The position numbers and the translations under genes are program-made. A DNA stretch of 28,338 bases from a virus (taxonomy: Duplodnaviria; Caudoviricetes). This document shows positions 1-8,302 of the stretch, in pieces (the stretch's first letter is position 1; the number at the start of each line of letters is the position of its first letter). Under the pieces are notes generated by a model, which did no database searches, was not told where the DNA came from, and saw nothing but the letters and a program-made list of their open reading frames with translations. The stretch covers positions 1-28,338 of IMG/VR virus record IMGVR_UViG_3300037856_000006; one strand, given 5' to 3'.

Positions 1-558
1 ATGCGCGAGGCAAAGCCCCAGCACTTCGACCAGATGCAAATTTACATGCATCTTCGTGGTCGTGAGCGCGGCTGCTATTTGGCCGTCAACAAGGACACCG
101 AAGAGCTTTATCTAGAGCGCATCCAATACGATGCCGATGCAGCCCTGCGCCTGATGGCCAAGGCTGATCGGATTGTTCACGCTCATCACGCGCCCGATCG
201 CATTGCATCGGACGCTTCTGCTTTCCCCTGCCGCTTCTGCGATCTGCGCGAAGCATGCCATGAGGCGCAGTTTGCCCGTCGCAACTGCCGGACGTGCCTG
301 CATGCAACGCCCGGCGCCAACGGCGTTTGGTGGTGTGGCCGTCATGGCTGTGAGCTTTCCGCCAATGATCAGCGGGCTGGATGCGCCAACCATCTCTATC
401 TTCCATCGCTTGTCCCAGGTGAGCAGGTGGACGCAGACCAAGCCGCCGAGACCGTCACCTACCAAATGCCCAGCGGCGAAACGTGGGTGGATGGCGCGCA
501 GCGCTCTCAATCCTTGACGGAAGGTGCTCAGCGAAACGCAGCAGGGAGGGCGGCGTGA
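1..558 (+). CDS. Cas4-like / PD-(D/E)XK exonuclease, C-terminal part (5' truncated by window edge)
   Basis: QMQIYM (QxxxY motif of RecB/Cas4-type nucleases), then CRFC...C and a second CRTC...CGRH...CANH cluster. Typical position upstream of a helicase in phage replication modules. Confidence 0.75.
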   Translation: MREAKPQHFDQMQIYMHLRGRERGCYLAVNKDTEELYLERIQYDADAALRLMAKADRIVHAHHAPDRIASDASAFPCRFCDLREACHEAQFARRNCRTCLHATPGANGVWWCGRHGCELSANDQRAGCANHLYLPSLVPGEQVDADQAAETVTYQMPSGETWVDGAQRSQSLTEGAQRNAAGRAA

Positions 559-1073
559 TGATCACCGTCTTTGCCGATGCATCGGTTTGTAATCAAACAA
601 AAGCCAGCGGTTGGGGCGCTTGGTATATTGCGGATGGGCTTGAGGCTGTCCTCACCGGCGGCGCATTCCAGAATTTTACTGCGGACGTGACCGCTGCTGA
701 ACTGGAAGCGCTGGCCAACGCTTTAGCTCACGCAGAGCAAACAGGCGCTTTGTCTTCAAACCAACAAGTGGTGATGCTCCAGTCGGATTCGGTGGGTGCC
801 CTATCAGTTGTGCGCCAAAAGATGCGCGCGCGAGATAGCCGTCATGCCAATGGCGTCCGCGTACCCTTTCAGAAAAAGCAACCAAATGAACGTCAATCGG
901 CTGCGGTTGATGTCATCGCAGAAATTATTGGTCGCAATGCGCTGAGGGTGGTGGTTCGCCATGTACGCGGGCACACCAAAGGACGTGGACGGCAGTGGGT
1001 CAATCGACAGTGTGATCGGCTCGCCAACGAGGGGCGAAGGAAAGCAGCGGCCTTGCAAGAGGTGGCGGCATGA
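558..1073 (+). CDS. Ribonuclease HI-like protein
   Basis: ATG at 558 overlaps the upstream TGA and follows GGGAGGG (544-550). RNase HI motifs in order: VFADAS..GWG, AELEA, QSDS, HVRGH, NRQCDRLA. Confidence 0.88.
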   Translation: MITVFADASVCNQTKASGWGAWYIADGLEAVLTGGAFQNFTADVTAAELEALANALAHAEQTGALSSNQQVVMLQSDSVGALSVVRQKMRARDSRHANGVRVPFQKKQPNERQSAAVDVIAEIIGRNALRVVVRHVRGHTKGRGRQWVNRQCDRLANEGRRKAAALQEVAA

Positions 1074-2686
1074 TCTCCCTGCGACCCTATCAACAAGATG
1101 CTATCGACAGCGTGTTTGGCTATTGGGCCAAGGGAGGCGGTAATCCCCTGATCGACATGGCCACAGGCTTGGGCAAGAGCGTGGTGGTTGCTGAAATCAA
1201 CCGGCGGCTTGTGACGCAATACCCCGGCTTTCGCGTGCTGAACCTTGTGCATGTTCAGGAGTTGGTGAGCCAGAACTATCAGGCGCTCATTCGCCTATGG
1301 CCGGAAGCCAATGCCGGCATCTGGTCCGCAGGACTCGGTAAGCGCGATGGGCATCATCCCGTCACCTTCGCGTCGATCCAATCCGTCTACAAGCGTGCCG
1401 CCCAACTTGGGAAACGCAACCTTGTCCTGATCGATGAGGCACACTTGGTGCCGCATGCCAGTGAGGGCATGTATCGCAAGCTCATTGATGATCTGCGCGA
1501 GCAGGCCCCGGACATGCGCATTGCTGGTCTTACGGCAACTGCTTACCGCTTGTCGTCTGGTCGGCTGGATATGGGCGAGGGACGACTGTTTGATGAGATC
1601 GTCTACACCTATGGGGTAGGCGACGGCATAAAAGATGGATGGCTGTCGCCGCTGATATCCAAAGCGTCGCTTGCCGAGATCGATGTGTCGGGCGTTTCCA
1701 AGCGCGGCGGTGAGTTTGTTGCCGGGGCCCTCGAAGCCGCGGCAAACGATGAGGCACTGATCCGCAAAGCCGTCACTGAGATGCAGGTGCTTGGTGAGCA
1801 CCGCCGCTCCTGGCTCATTTTCTGCGCTGGCGTCAAGCATGCTCACCACACCGCCGACATCATGCGATCTGCTGGCATCGACTGCGCCACGGTGACCGGC
1901 GACACGCCGAAGGGTGAGCGCGAAAGCCTTATCCGGCGGTTCAAGTCCGGCGAGATACGCGCGCTGACCAACGCCAATGTGCTGACCACTGGCTTCGACG
2001 CGCCAAACGTTGATCTCATCGCTTTCCTGCGCCCGACGCTTTCAACTGGCCTCTACGTTCAGATGTGCGGACGCGGAACCCGCAAAGCCGATGGCAAGGA
2101 CAACTGCCTCGTGCTCGATTTTGCTGGGAACGTACGGCGCCATGGCCCGGTTGACGCGATTGAACCACCAAGCACGCGCGGTGCCGTCAAGAAAGACGTT
2201 GAGGCGGTCAAGGTCGATACGGTCAAGGCAAAGGCGTGCCCCGACTGCGAGGCGTTGTTACCGATCCAGGCGCGCCAATGCCAGTGGTGCGGTCACACAT
2301 TTGCAACCGAGGCCAAGCACGCTGATACGGCGGATGCTGCAACGCCGATCCTATCCTCTGAGAAGGTGCCGCCGGAAGTAGTACCCGTGGTCGATTGGCA
2401 GGCTTGCCGCTGGGAGAAACAAGGATCCCCGGACAGTCTGCGCGTGACCTACTTTGCAGGCCTTGAAGCCATCAATGAATGGGTGTGCCTAGAGCATGGG
2501 GGCTTTGCTGGCCAAAAGGCGCGCGACTGGTGGCAATCGCATGCATCGGGGCCAGTGCCCGAGACGGTGGATGAGGCGCTGTTGGTCTTTGACCAACTCA
2601 CCATGCCAGCGGCTATCGTCGTCAAACCCAATGGCAAGTTCAAGAACATTGTCGGGCGCCGCTTTAACCAAGAGGTGGCTGCCTGA
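1070..2686 (+). CDS. SF2 DEAH-box helicase (RadD/YejH/Irc3-like) with C-terminal zinc finger
   Basis: LRPYQ Q-motif, ATGLGKS Walker A, IDEAH, GLTAT, LTTGFDAP, QMCGRGTR, CPDC..CQWC. Confidence 0.95.
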   Translation: MISLRPYQQDAIDSVFGYWAKGGGNPLIDMATGLGKSVVVAEINRRLVTQYPGFRVLNLVHVQELVSQNYQALIRLWPEANAGIWSAGLGKRDGHHPVTFASIQSVYKRAAQLGKRNLVLIDEAHLVPHASEGMYRKLIDDLREQAPDMRIAGLTATAYRLSSGRLDMGEGRLFDEIVYTYGVGDGIKDGWLSPLISKASLAEIDVSGVSKRGGEFVAGALEAAANDEALIRKAVTEMQVLGEHRRSWLIFCAGVKHAHHTADIMRSAGIDCATVTGDTPKGERESLIRRFKSGEIRALTNANVLTTGFDAPNVDLIAFLRPTLSTGLYVQMCGRGTRKADGKDNCLVLDFAGNVRRHGPVDAIEPPSTRGAVKKDVEAVKVDTVKAKACPDCEALLPIQARQCQWCGHTFATEAKHADTADAATPILSSEKVPPEVVPVVDWQACRWEKQGSPDSLRVTYFAGLEAINEWVCLEHGGFAGQKARDWWQSHASGPVPETVDEALLVFDQLTMPAAIVVKPNGKFKNIVGRRFNQEVAA

Positions 2687-3108
2687 TGAGCGATATGATC
2701 ACCGAAACGCCTTGGGCTGAATTGGACACCGAGCAACGCACGGCTGCTCTTAAGCGTCTGAGCGTCTTGTCCTACAAGGACATCGGAAAGCTTCTGCAAG
2801 TGAGCGACCGATCCATCCAAGTGCATGTCAGAAAATATGGGCCGGTCAAGGAGAAGGTTGAGCGCAAGGCGGTTCAACAAGCGGACAAGATTGAGACGCT
2901 CACCCCGTTCACGCCCAAGTCCGCCAGCTACGACGAAATACGCAGGGCACTCTTGAGGGAGAAGACACCCCGAGGGCGTGCTTACAAACTGGCTGATGTC
3001 CATCGGGCTATGGGGCCGAACCGCAAGCTGACGCCGCCACGGCATGTCAGATTTAATCGCTACCAAGAGCAGCAGTTGCAGCGCCTTCGGCGGGGTGCTT
3101 CGGCATGA
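2686..3108 (+). CDS. Hypothetical protein with N-terminal HTH-like motif
   Basis: TGATG coupling to the helicase. LSYKDIGKLLQVSDRSIQVHVRKYG resembles an HTH. Basic C-terminus. Confidence 0.6.
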   Translation: MSDMITETPWAELDTEQRTAALKRLSVLSYKDIGKLLQVSDRSIQVHVRKYGPVKEKVERKAVQQADKIETLTPFTPKSASYDEIRRALLREKTPRGRAYKLADVHRAMGPNRKLTPPRHVRFNRYQEQQLQRLRRGASA

Positions 3109-3746
3109 GTCAGAACCTTTCATCGGCTGTGATGCAACAGCGCTCCGAACCCCATGACAGTTTGGACGACTTTCCAACGCCGCCCTGGGCTACCCGCGCT
3201 CTCTGTGAGTGGATTGAACAGCAGATCGGCCCGCTCCGCGAGTTGATTGTTCGTGAGCCCGCCGCCAATCGCGGCCACATGGTGAGACCACTAGGAGAGT
3301 TTTTTGCTCGCGTCGAAGCAGCGGACATTCACGACTATGGCGCGGGCTTTCCTGTTCAGGACTACCTGTTTGGCGTTGAACCTGAGTCGGTTGATTTCAC
3401 AATCACTAACCCACCTTTTCGTTTGGCCGAACAGTTCATCAGCCGTATGCGCGCCACCTCGCAAACTGGCTGCGCAGTGCTGGTGCGTACCGCCTTTCTG
3501 GAAAGCGTTGGTCGTTTTGAGACGCTGTTTCGTCATGCGCCGCCAGACGATGTGCTCCAATTCAGTGAGAGGGTTGTGATGCACAAGGGAAAGCTGAGCG
3601 CGACAGGGTCAACAGCGACAGCTTACTGCTGGCTGGTTTGGTGGTCTCAACAGTACCGCGAGCCCTGTTTCACGCCTCACCTACATTGGATTCCGCCCTG
3701 TCGGAAACGCCTAGAGCGCCCTGAAGACTACCTGGTGACCAAATGA
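3105..3746 (+). CDS. Orphan SAM-dependent amino (probably N6-adenine) DNA methyltransferase
   Basis: DDFPTPPWAT, EPAANRGHM (motif I-like), ITNPPF catalytic motif, TAYCWLVW. No restriction endonuclease is adjacent. Confidence 0.88.
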   Translation: MSQNLSSAVMQQRSEPHDSLDDFPTPPWATRALCEWIEQQIGPLRELIVREPAANRGHMVRPLGEFFARVEAADIHDYGAGFPVQDYLFGVEPESVDFTITNPPFRLAEQFISRMRATSQTGCAVLVRTAFLESVGRFETLFRHAPPDDVLQFSERVVMHKGKLSATGSTATAYCWLVWWSQQYREPCFTPHLHWIPPCRKRLERPEDYLVTK

Positions 3747-4120
3747 ACGCGCTGGCTAAGCACCGCGGAAGCCAGCACCTGTGCGCTGTTTGCAACCGTC
3801 AGACCAATCATGCGGTTGGCGTCGGCGAGGGTAGGTGCGTGCCAATGATGTGGGTGTGTTCGCAAAAGTGCAGGTCGGTTGCGCTCAAGACGCACGAGCA
3901 CCTGATCAGCGATGATCTTGCCTATTATGAGCGCCTGGCGCGCGAGACCGGTGGTGTGATGGCCGGCCAATATCTCGATCGGCTGGGCAAGCACGATCTG
4001 CGCACGCTCACGCCAGATGAGTGGCGTACCTTCTTGCACACCATCTTTGATACCTATTCGGCCAACATGATTGAGAGCCTTGAGCGGGTCTACAATGCTG
4101 CGCAGCGCGGAGCGGCTTAA
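3743..4120 (+). CDS. Zn-binding DUF6511-like phage protein
   Basis: CAVC...CSQKC, then GQYLDRLGKHDLRTLTPDEWRTFL. I recall this pattern from small proteins upstream of alphaproteobacterial phage primases. Confidence 0.6.
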   Translation: MNALAKHRGSQHLCAVCNRQTNHAVGVGEGRCVPMMWVCSQKCRSVALKTHEHLISDDLAYYERLARETGGVMAGQYLDRLGKHDLRTLTPDEWRTFLHTIFDTYSANMIESLERVYNAAQRGAA

Positions 4121-4126
4121 TTGCTC

Positions 4127-6400
4127 ATGGGCAACTATCAAACCGCCATTGAACTGACGCGACTAGGCTTGGCCGTTTTCCCTTGCGAGGAATCGGGCGA
4201 GACGCGCAAGCGACCCAAGCCAGGCGTGCGCTGGAAACAAGCCTCTGGCGATGATCCTGAGCGTGTTCGGGTGCTCTGGAACAGTTGGCAAGAGGCCGTT
4301 CCTGGTGTCGATCTGGCCAAGGCTGGGCTTTTGGTCATCGACTGCGATCGTAAGCCTGGTCAGCCCGATGGGGTGGAGGCGTTTTCTGCGCTCTGCGATG
4401 GCGTGGGTTTTGATCTTTCCGGCGTGCCACAGGTCATCACACCATCGGGCGGTATGCACTTCTATTTCAAGCAAATCTCGACCGATGCGCCGCATGGCAA
4501 TGCGAAGGGTGATTTGCCTGCCGGGATCGATGTGCGCGGCGCCGGTGGCTATGTCATCGGCCCCGGTGCCCGATTTACCGATGATGGCGCGCGGTATGAG
4601 ATGGCGGGCGATGTCGAAATCAGCGAGGCACCAGTGGTGCCCGATTGGTTGCTCGCTCGCCTGAAGGCTGGAAAGCAGCAACGAGAGCACGTGCCGCCGG
4701 CCATGGGGGCGCAGCCTTACGCACCTGCCGGAACAGGCCGCGAGGCGGCTTACATCGCAGCGGCCATGACGCGCGAGATTGAACTGGTGCGCACAGCACC
4801 GCAGGGCACGCGCAATCAGGCGCTCAACGATGCGGCGTTGAAGCTGGGGCATTATGTCGGCGGTGGATTGCTGACTGAGGGAGAGGTGCGGCACGCCCTC
4901 ATTTCTGCGGCCATGGCATCCGGTCTGGCCAAGGATGACGGTCTGAAACAGTGCGAGGCCACCATTCGCTCTGGCTTGTCCAAGGGCATGGCAGAGCCCA
5001 AGGGTGTTCCTGAGGGGGAAAGCGATGAGGCGGCGCAGCTAGGCGCGCAAATCGCCAGCAGTCTTATGCCCAAGCCGACCCTGGTTGAGCATGAGGATGG
5101 CACACTCATGGATGCCGAGACCGGAGAGGTGATTGAAACGGTCAAGCCCAGCACCAATGACAATGTGGATGTGGACCTTCCGCCTGGCTTGGTGGGTGAG
5201 GTGGCGCAGTGGATATGTCAGACAGCGCGTCAGCCCAATCCGGTCTTGGCGCTGGCAGCCGCGCTATCGGTTGTTGGCACCGTGGCCGGGCGACAGTTCG
5301 CTAGCCCAACCGTTTCAGGAACGCATCTCTATGTTGTCGGTATAGGCGTGTCCGGTGCTGGCAAAGATCATGTGCTCAAGGCAGCCGAGCGCATTTTGGA
5401 GGCAGCGGATTGCAACCATCATGTCATCGGCGGCGGGTTCGCATCCTCATCAGCGGTCAACAATGCGATCACCGAAAAGCCTTTGCTCCTTTGCATCATT
5501 GATGAGTTTGGCGGGTTCCTGGGCAAGGTTTTGAGCCCAAAGGAATCGGGCTGGCAACGTGGTGTGGCAGATCAAATGCGCACGCTTTGGGGAACCAATT
5601 TCAGCAATTTCCGCACGCAGGAGTATGCGGGCAAGTCATCCGTACTTATTCGTTCGCCGCATTTTTCCCTGCTCACGGCCACCACGCCAGCGCAGTTCTT
5701 CCGCACTATGCAAGGCGCATCGATCGAGGATGGCACGTTCAACCGTTTCCTGCTGATGGATTCCGGCGATTGGCGGGCAGAGGATCGCCAGCCATCAGAG
5801 GATGTGCGCCACGTGCCGGCAGAGCTACGCCTAGGCCTCAAAGGCATTTACGATCACTCAGGACCGCTTATCGCCTCACAGCGCAATCAATCATCGTTGG
5901 AGCCGGATCCTGTGTGCCTGGCCTGGGGTGCAGACTCAGAGGACATTTGGACGGCGTTCAAGTCCGATCTGCAAGCCAAGCGTGACAAGAACGATCTTCT
6001 TGAAAATCTCGCCGCACGCACGGCTGAAATGGCGCTGCGCATCGCCACCATTGTGGCCATAGGGCGCCGGTCTATGAGCGTCGATGCAGACGATTTGACG
6101 TTCGGCATTCTGCTCGCCTCTCGGTCGCTTGAGGCCATGATCAAGGGCGCTCAAGAACACATGGCAGAGACGCCATTGCAAGCGAATGTGAAGAAGGCGC
6201 AGGCATTCATCTTTAAAAAATCAGCGGTGAGTCGCACGCAATTGGTCAAGCATATGCAGGGCGCAATCCGGGCGCGCGATCTCGATGATGTCATCACAAT
6301 CCTGCTCGAAGCAGGATCAATTGAGCGCACTGAGGGCATCGTTAAGAGCGGAAATTCGGTCGTGTTTTACAAGGCAATTAAGGGACAAGAAATCGCCTGA
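4127..6400 (+). CDS. Bifunctional primase-polymerase (Prim-Pol) fused to PriCT-like, DUF3987-like P-loop and C-terminal winged-helix domains
   Basis: VIDCD, TPSGGMHFYF and IDVRGAGGYVIGP (AEP/Prim-Pol motifs), GTRNQALN, GVSGAGKD Walker A, CIIDE Walker B. Start is ATG 4127 or TTG 4121. Confidence 0.9.
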   Translation: MGNYQTAIELTRLGLAVFPCEESGETRKRPKPGVRWKQASGDDPERVRVLWNSWQEAVPGVDLAKAGLLVIDCDRKPGQPDGVEAFSALCDGVGFDLSGVPQVITPSGGMHFYFKQISTDAPHGNAKGDLPAGIDVRGAGGYVIGPGARFTDDGARYEMAGDVEISEAPVVPDWLLARLKAGKQQREHVPPAMGAQPYAPAGTGREAAYIAAAMTREIELVRTAPQGTRNQALNDAALKLGHYVGGGLLTEGEVRHALISAAMASGLAKDDGLKQCEATIRSGLSKGMAEPKGVPEGESDEAAQLGAQIASSLMPKPTLVEHEDGTLMDAETGEVIETVKPSTNDNVDVDLPPGLVGEVAQWICQTARQPNPVLALAAALSVVGTVAGRQFASPTVSGTHLYVVGIGVSGAGKDHVLKAAERILEAADCNHHVIGGGFASSSAVNNAITEKPLLLCIIDEFGGFLGKVLSPKESGWQRGVADQMRTLWGTNFSNFRTQEYAGKSSVLIRSPHFSLLTATTPAQFFRTMQGASIEDGTFNRFLLMDSGDWRAEDRQPSEDVRHVPAELRLGLKGIYDHSGPLIASQRNQSSLEPDPVCLAWGADSEDIWTAFKSDLQAKRDKNDLLENLAARTAEMALRIATIVAIGRRSMSVDADDLTFGILLASRSLEAMIKGAQEHMAETPLQANVKKAQAFIFKKSAVSRTQLVKHMQGAIRARDLDDVITILLEAGSIERTEGIVKSGNSVVFYKAIKGQEIA

Positions 6401-6697
6401 CCTGTTCCCGGAACCGGTTAGGAAGAGGTGGTAACAGGTGCGAACCTATCGGGAACAAAAATGTACCTGTTACCACCTTTTCCCGATTTTTCAAGTAACA
6501 GGTAAGTCGATGAAAAATAACAATAAAACATCAAAATATGGTACCTATTACCGGTTATTTCCAAAATTTACTTTTGAACAAACAAATATATTTTTTATTG
6601 CCTATTTTTGTTTTTATTTGAATTGTCAGTGTCGAAAGTAGGTTTACGCGTACGCGTGCGCGCGCGAGGAGCGCCAAAAACGAGATGGGTAAGAGGT
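6400..6697. repeat. Putative replication origin: decamer iterons (ACCT-N-TT-M-CY) in both orientations plus AT-rich tract
   Basis: Copies at 6400-6409(+), 6420-6429(-), 6430-6439(-), 6465-6474(+), 6475-6484(+), 6494-6503(-), 6543-6552(+), 6688-6697(-). Perfect 14-bp inverted repeat 6426-6439/6465-6478. Strongly AT-rich at about 6510-6625, directly after the primase. Confidence 0.7.
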
Positions 6698-6977
6698 GGC
6701 TGAGATAAGCAACAAGAGAGACCTGGAATACGAAAAACGGTGCGTCCTGCGACACATGCTCTGGTGGCACGAGCAAGATGCCGATCCCGATCTGAAGAAT
6801 GCACTGTCGCTGTATCAAAAACGAAAGGTGCTACCGGCGTTGGCAGAGCAAGGATTGATCGTGCGTGTCGGTCGCTCGTGGCGAATTGCTGACGCACGCG
6901 AAGCTGAGGCGTGGGTCTATTGGTCCCGCAAAACACACGAACGCGAACAAGACAGGAAGTTTCGCAATGCCAGTTGA
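6696..6977 (+). CDS. Hypothetical protein, possible winged-helix
   Basis: GTG start. VLPALAEQGLIVRVGRSWRIAD resembles a wHTH recognition helix plus wing. Confidence 0.5.
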   Translation: MAEISNKRDLEYEKRCVLRHMLWWHEQDADPDLKNALSLYQKRKVLPALAEQGLIVRVGRSWRIADAREAEAWVYWSRKTHEREQDRKFRNAS

Positions 6978-7455
6978 TCACAGAACCACAGAGGACCGGC
7001 TGCGCAGTCTTGAGGCGCAGGTCAAAGCGCAAGGTCAAATCCTTGAGGCGATGTCTCTTGGAATGAAGGGTGTGCTTGAGCAACATGCCAAGGGTGTACT
7101 TGAACTCGCCAACGCCGTGCCGTCCGCTGTCGATCAGGCGACCAGCGGTCTCAAGCCTTACGACAGGGAAGCTGTGTGGGGTGAGGGGCCGGATGTCGAG
7201 CAGCACCGTGTGACAATCGCTCTGCGCCGTGTCATGGCCGTGCTTTCCCACAACACAGTCATCACGCGTGGTGAACTCGGCAGAAAGCTCAAAGCCATGC
7301 GAGGCGAGGAAAAGGTCACCAACAATGAAATCAATGCTGCGCTTGATGTCATAGCCAATGAAGGGCGGCTTGAAGTGACCAAGACACCAACGGGGCCAAG
7401 TGGGCGCGGGCGACCTGTTGAAACCTATCGGCTGTTGGCGAAGGCAGCTTCATAG
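6967..7455 (+). CDS. Hypothetical protein: N-terminal coiled-coil and C-terminal winged-helix
   Basis: ATG 6967 overlaps the previous ORF. EDRLRSLEAQVKAQ is a heptad pattern. ITRGELGRKL..EINAALDVIANEGRLEV..GRGRPVETYRL is a wHTH signature. Confidence 0.65.
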   Translation: MPVDHRTTEDRLRSLEAQVKAQGQILEAMSLGMKGVLEQHAKGVLELANAVPSAVDQATSGLKPYDREAVWGEGPDVEQHRVTIALRRVMAVLSHNTVITRGELGRKLKAMRGEEKVTNNEINAALDVIANEGRLEVTKTPTGPSGRGRPVETYRLLAKAAS

Positions 7456-7553
7456 CCTCCTTCCAATACATGCGCGCGTGCGCTAAACCTGATTTGCGCA
7501 CCTCGAATCCAGTCCAACTTTGACGGCGCTCTAGCTTAGCTTGGAGCCACGCC

Positions 7554-8168
7554 GTGCAGCCTATCGAACAGTTTGACATTACGTCCGCACAAGCCGTGCG
7601 GGCAGTGCGTGAGATCATCCGCCGCGCCATCCTGACGTTTGAAGCCTTGCCCGATCCACAGCGCCACATGCGCTATCAGGGGCAAAGCTGGGCAGGGCAG
7701 TGGAAGGGCGATCTGTATGCCGACGAGCAGACGCGGGTGCGCTATGTTCCATCGGCTCATGAGATCGACCAAGCCTATGTGGCGCTGCCCTGGCTCCAAT
7801 GGCTTGGACACACGCACGGTTCAGCAGCGGTCAAGCGACTGGTGAACTGGTGCTACGGCAAATCCAACACCGATCAGGGGCGGCGCGAGAAGGTATCGGC
7901 CAAGACCATTCAGAATCGCATCGATCGCGATGTAGCGGCAATCATAGCCAAGTTCTTTGGTGCAAACTGCGATGTGCGTGTGGTCGAGGAGCCTTGGAGG
8001 GAAACGGATTTCGCTCTCGAATGGCGTGATCGCACGGGTGCCTGGCCTACCAGCGGCGAGATCAAGATCATGACCGTCTACGTTCACGGCAAGGGTTTGA
8101 TGCGCAACGGAAAGCCGTGGAACAACGGCTACGACAAAGCTGAGAAGCTGATGAAGGCGTGTGCTTAG
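7554..8168 (+). CDS. Putative late-gene transcriptional regulator (DUF6362-like / sigma70 region 4-like HTH)
   Basis: GGAG RBS before GTG. RYVPSAHEIDQAYVALPWLQWL, then an HTH-like EKVSAKTIQNRIDR. Sits at the early/late junction, in the position of lambda Q. Confidence 0.55.
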   Translation: MQPIEQFDITSAQAVRAVREIIRRAILTFEALPDPQRHMRYQGQSWAGQWKGDLYADEQTRVRYVPSAHEIDQAYVALPWLQWLGHTHGSAAVKRLVNWCYGKSNTDQGRREKVSAKTIQNRIDRDVAAIIAKFFGANCDVRVVEEPWRETDFALEWRDRTGAWPTSGEIKIMTVYVHGKGLMRNGKPWNNGYDKAEKLMKACA

Positions 8169-8180
8169 CAGGTTCGTCCA

Positions 8181-8236
8181 AAAAATATTTCATTGACACT
8201 TTCCCATGTTTCCCTGATTTTGCGTGCAAATCAGGT
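8181..8236 (+). promoter_or_regulatory. Putative late promoter with dyad operator
   Basis: AT-rich AAAAATATTT upstream of a perfect TTGACA (8193-8198). The -10 is poor and is overlapped by the inverted repeat CCTGATTT(8213-8220)-N7-AAATCAGG(8228-8235). Confidence 0.5.
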
Positions 8237-8269
8237 AGTGCTGAGAAGTGCGCGCCGGTGAAAGTTCGC

Positions 8270-8302
8270 AACGCGGGCCCAATTGTGGGCGCCGCGTTTT
8301 TT
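8270..8302 (+). terminator. Intrinsic terminator in late leader
   Basis: AACGCGG-GCCC-aattgt-GGGC-g-CCGCGTT stem-loop running into a T6 tract. Confidence 0.75.

Noticed and set aside
483-557. Longer N-termini in the ORF track (483, 6865, 8351, 8933, 11200, 11403, 16379)
   Set aside because: Downstream starts have better RBS or stop-start coupling and avoid long overlaps.
1056-2686. Identical QEVAA C-termini of RNase H and helicase (CAAGAGGTGGC)
   Set aside because: Most simply explained by the embedded GAGGT Shine-Dalgarno for the coupled next gene. A ClpXP-type -AA degron cannot be excluded but is not supported.
6400-6560. Repeats near a Cas4-like gene as a possible CRISPR array
   Set aside because: Units are 10 bp, in both orientations and irregularly spaced. 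No repeat-spacer periodicity and no cas1/cas2.
6438-7251. ORFs 6438-6641(+), 6555-6818(-) and 6595-7251(-) across the AT-rich region
   Set aside because: Their composition reflects the repeats and AT tract, and they overlap better-supported features.
6443-7431. AACCTATCGG at both 6443-6452 and 7422-7431
   Set aside because: A single 10-nt match, one copy inside coding sequence, compatible with chance.
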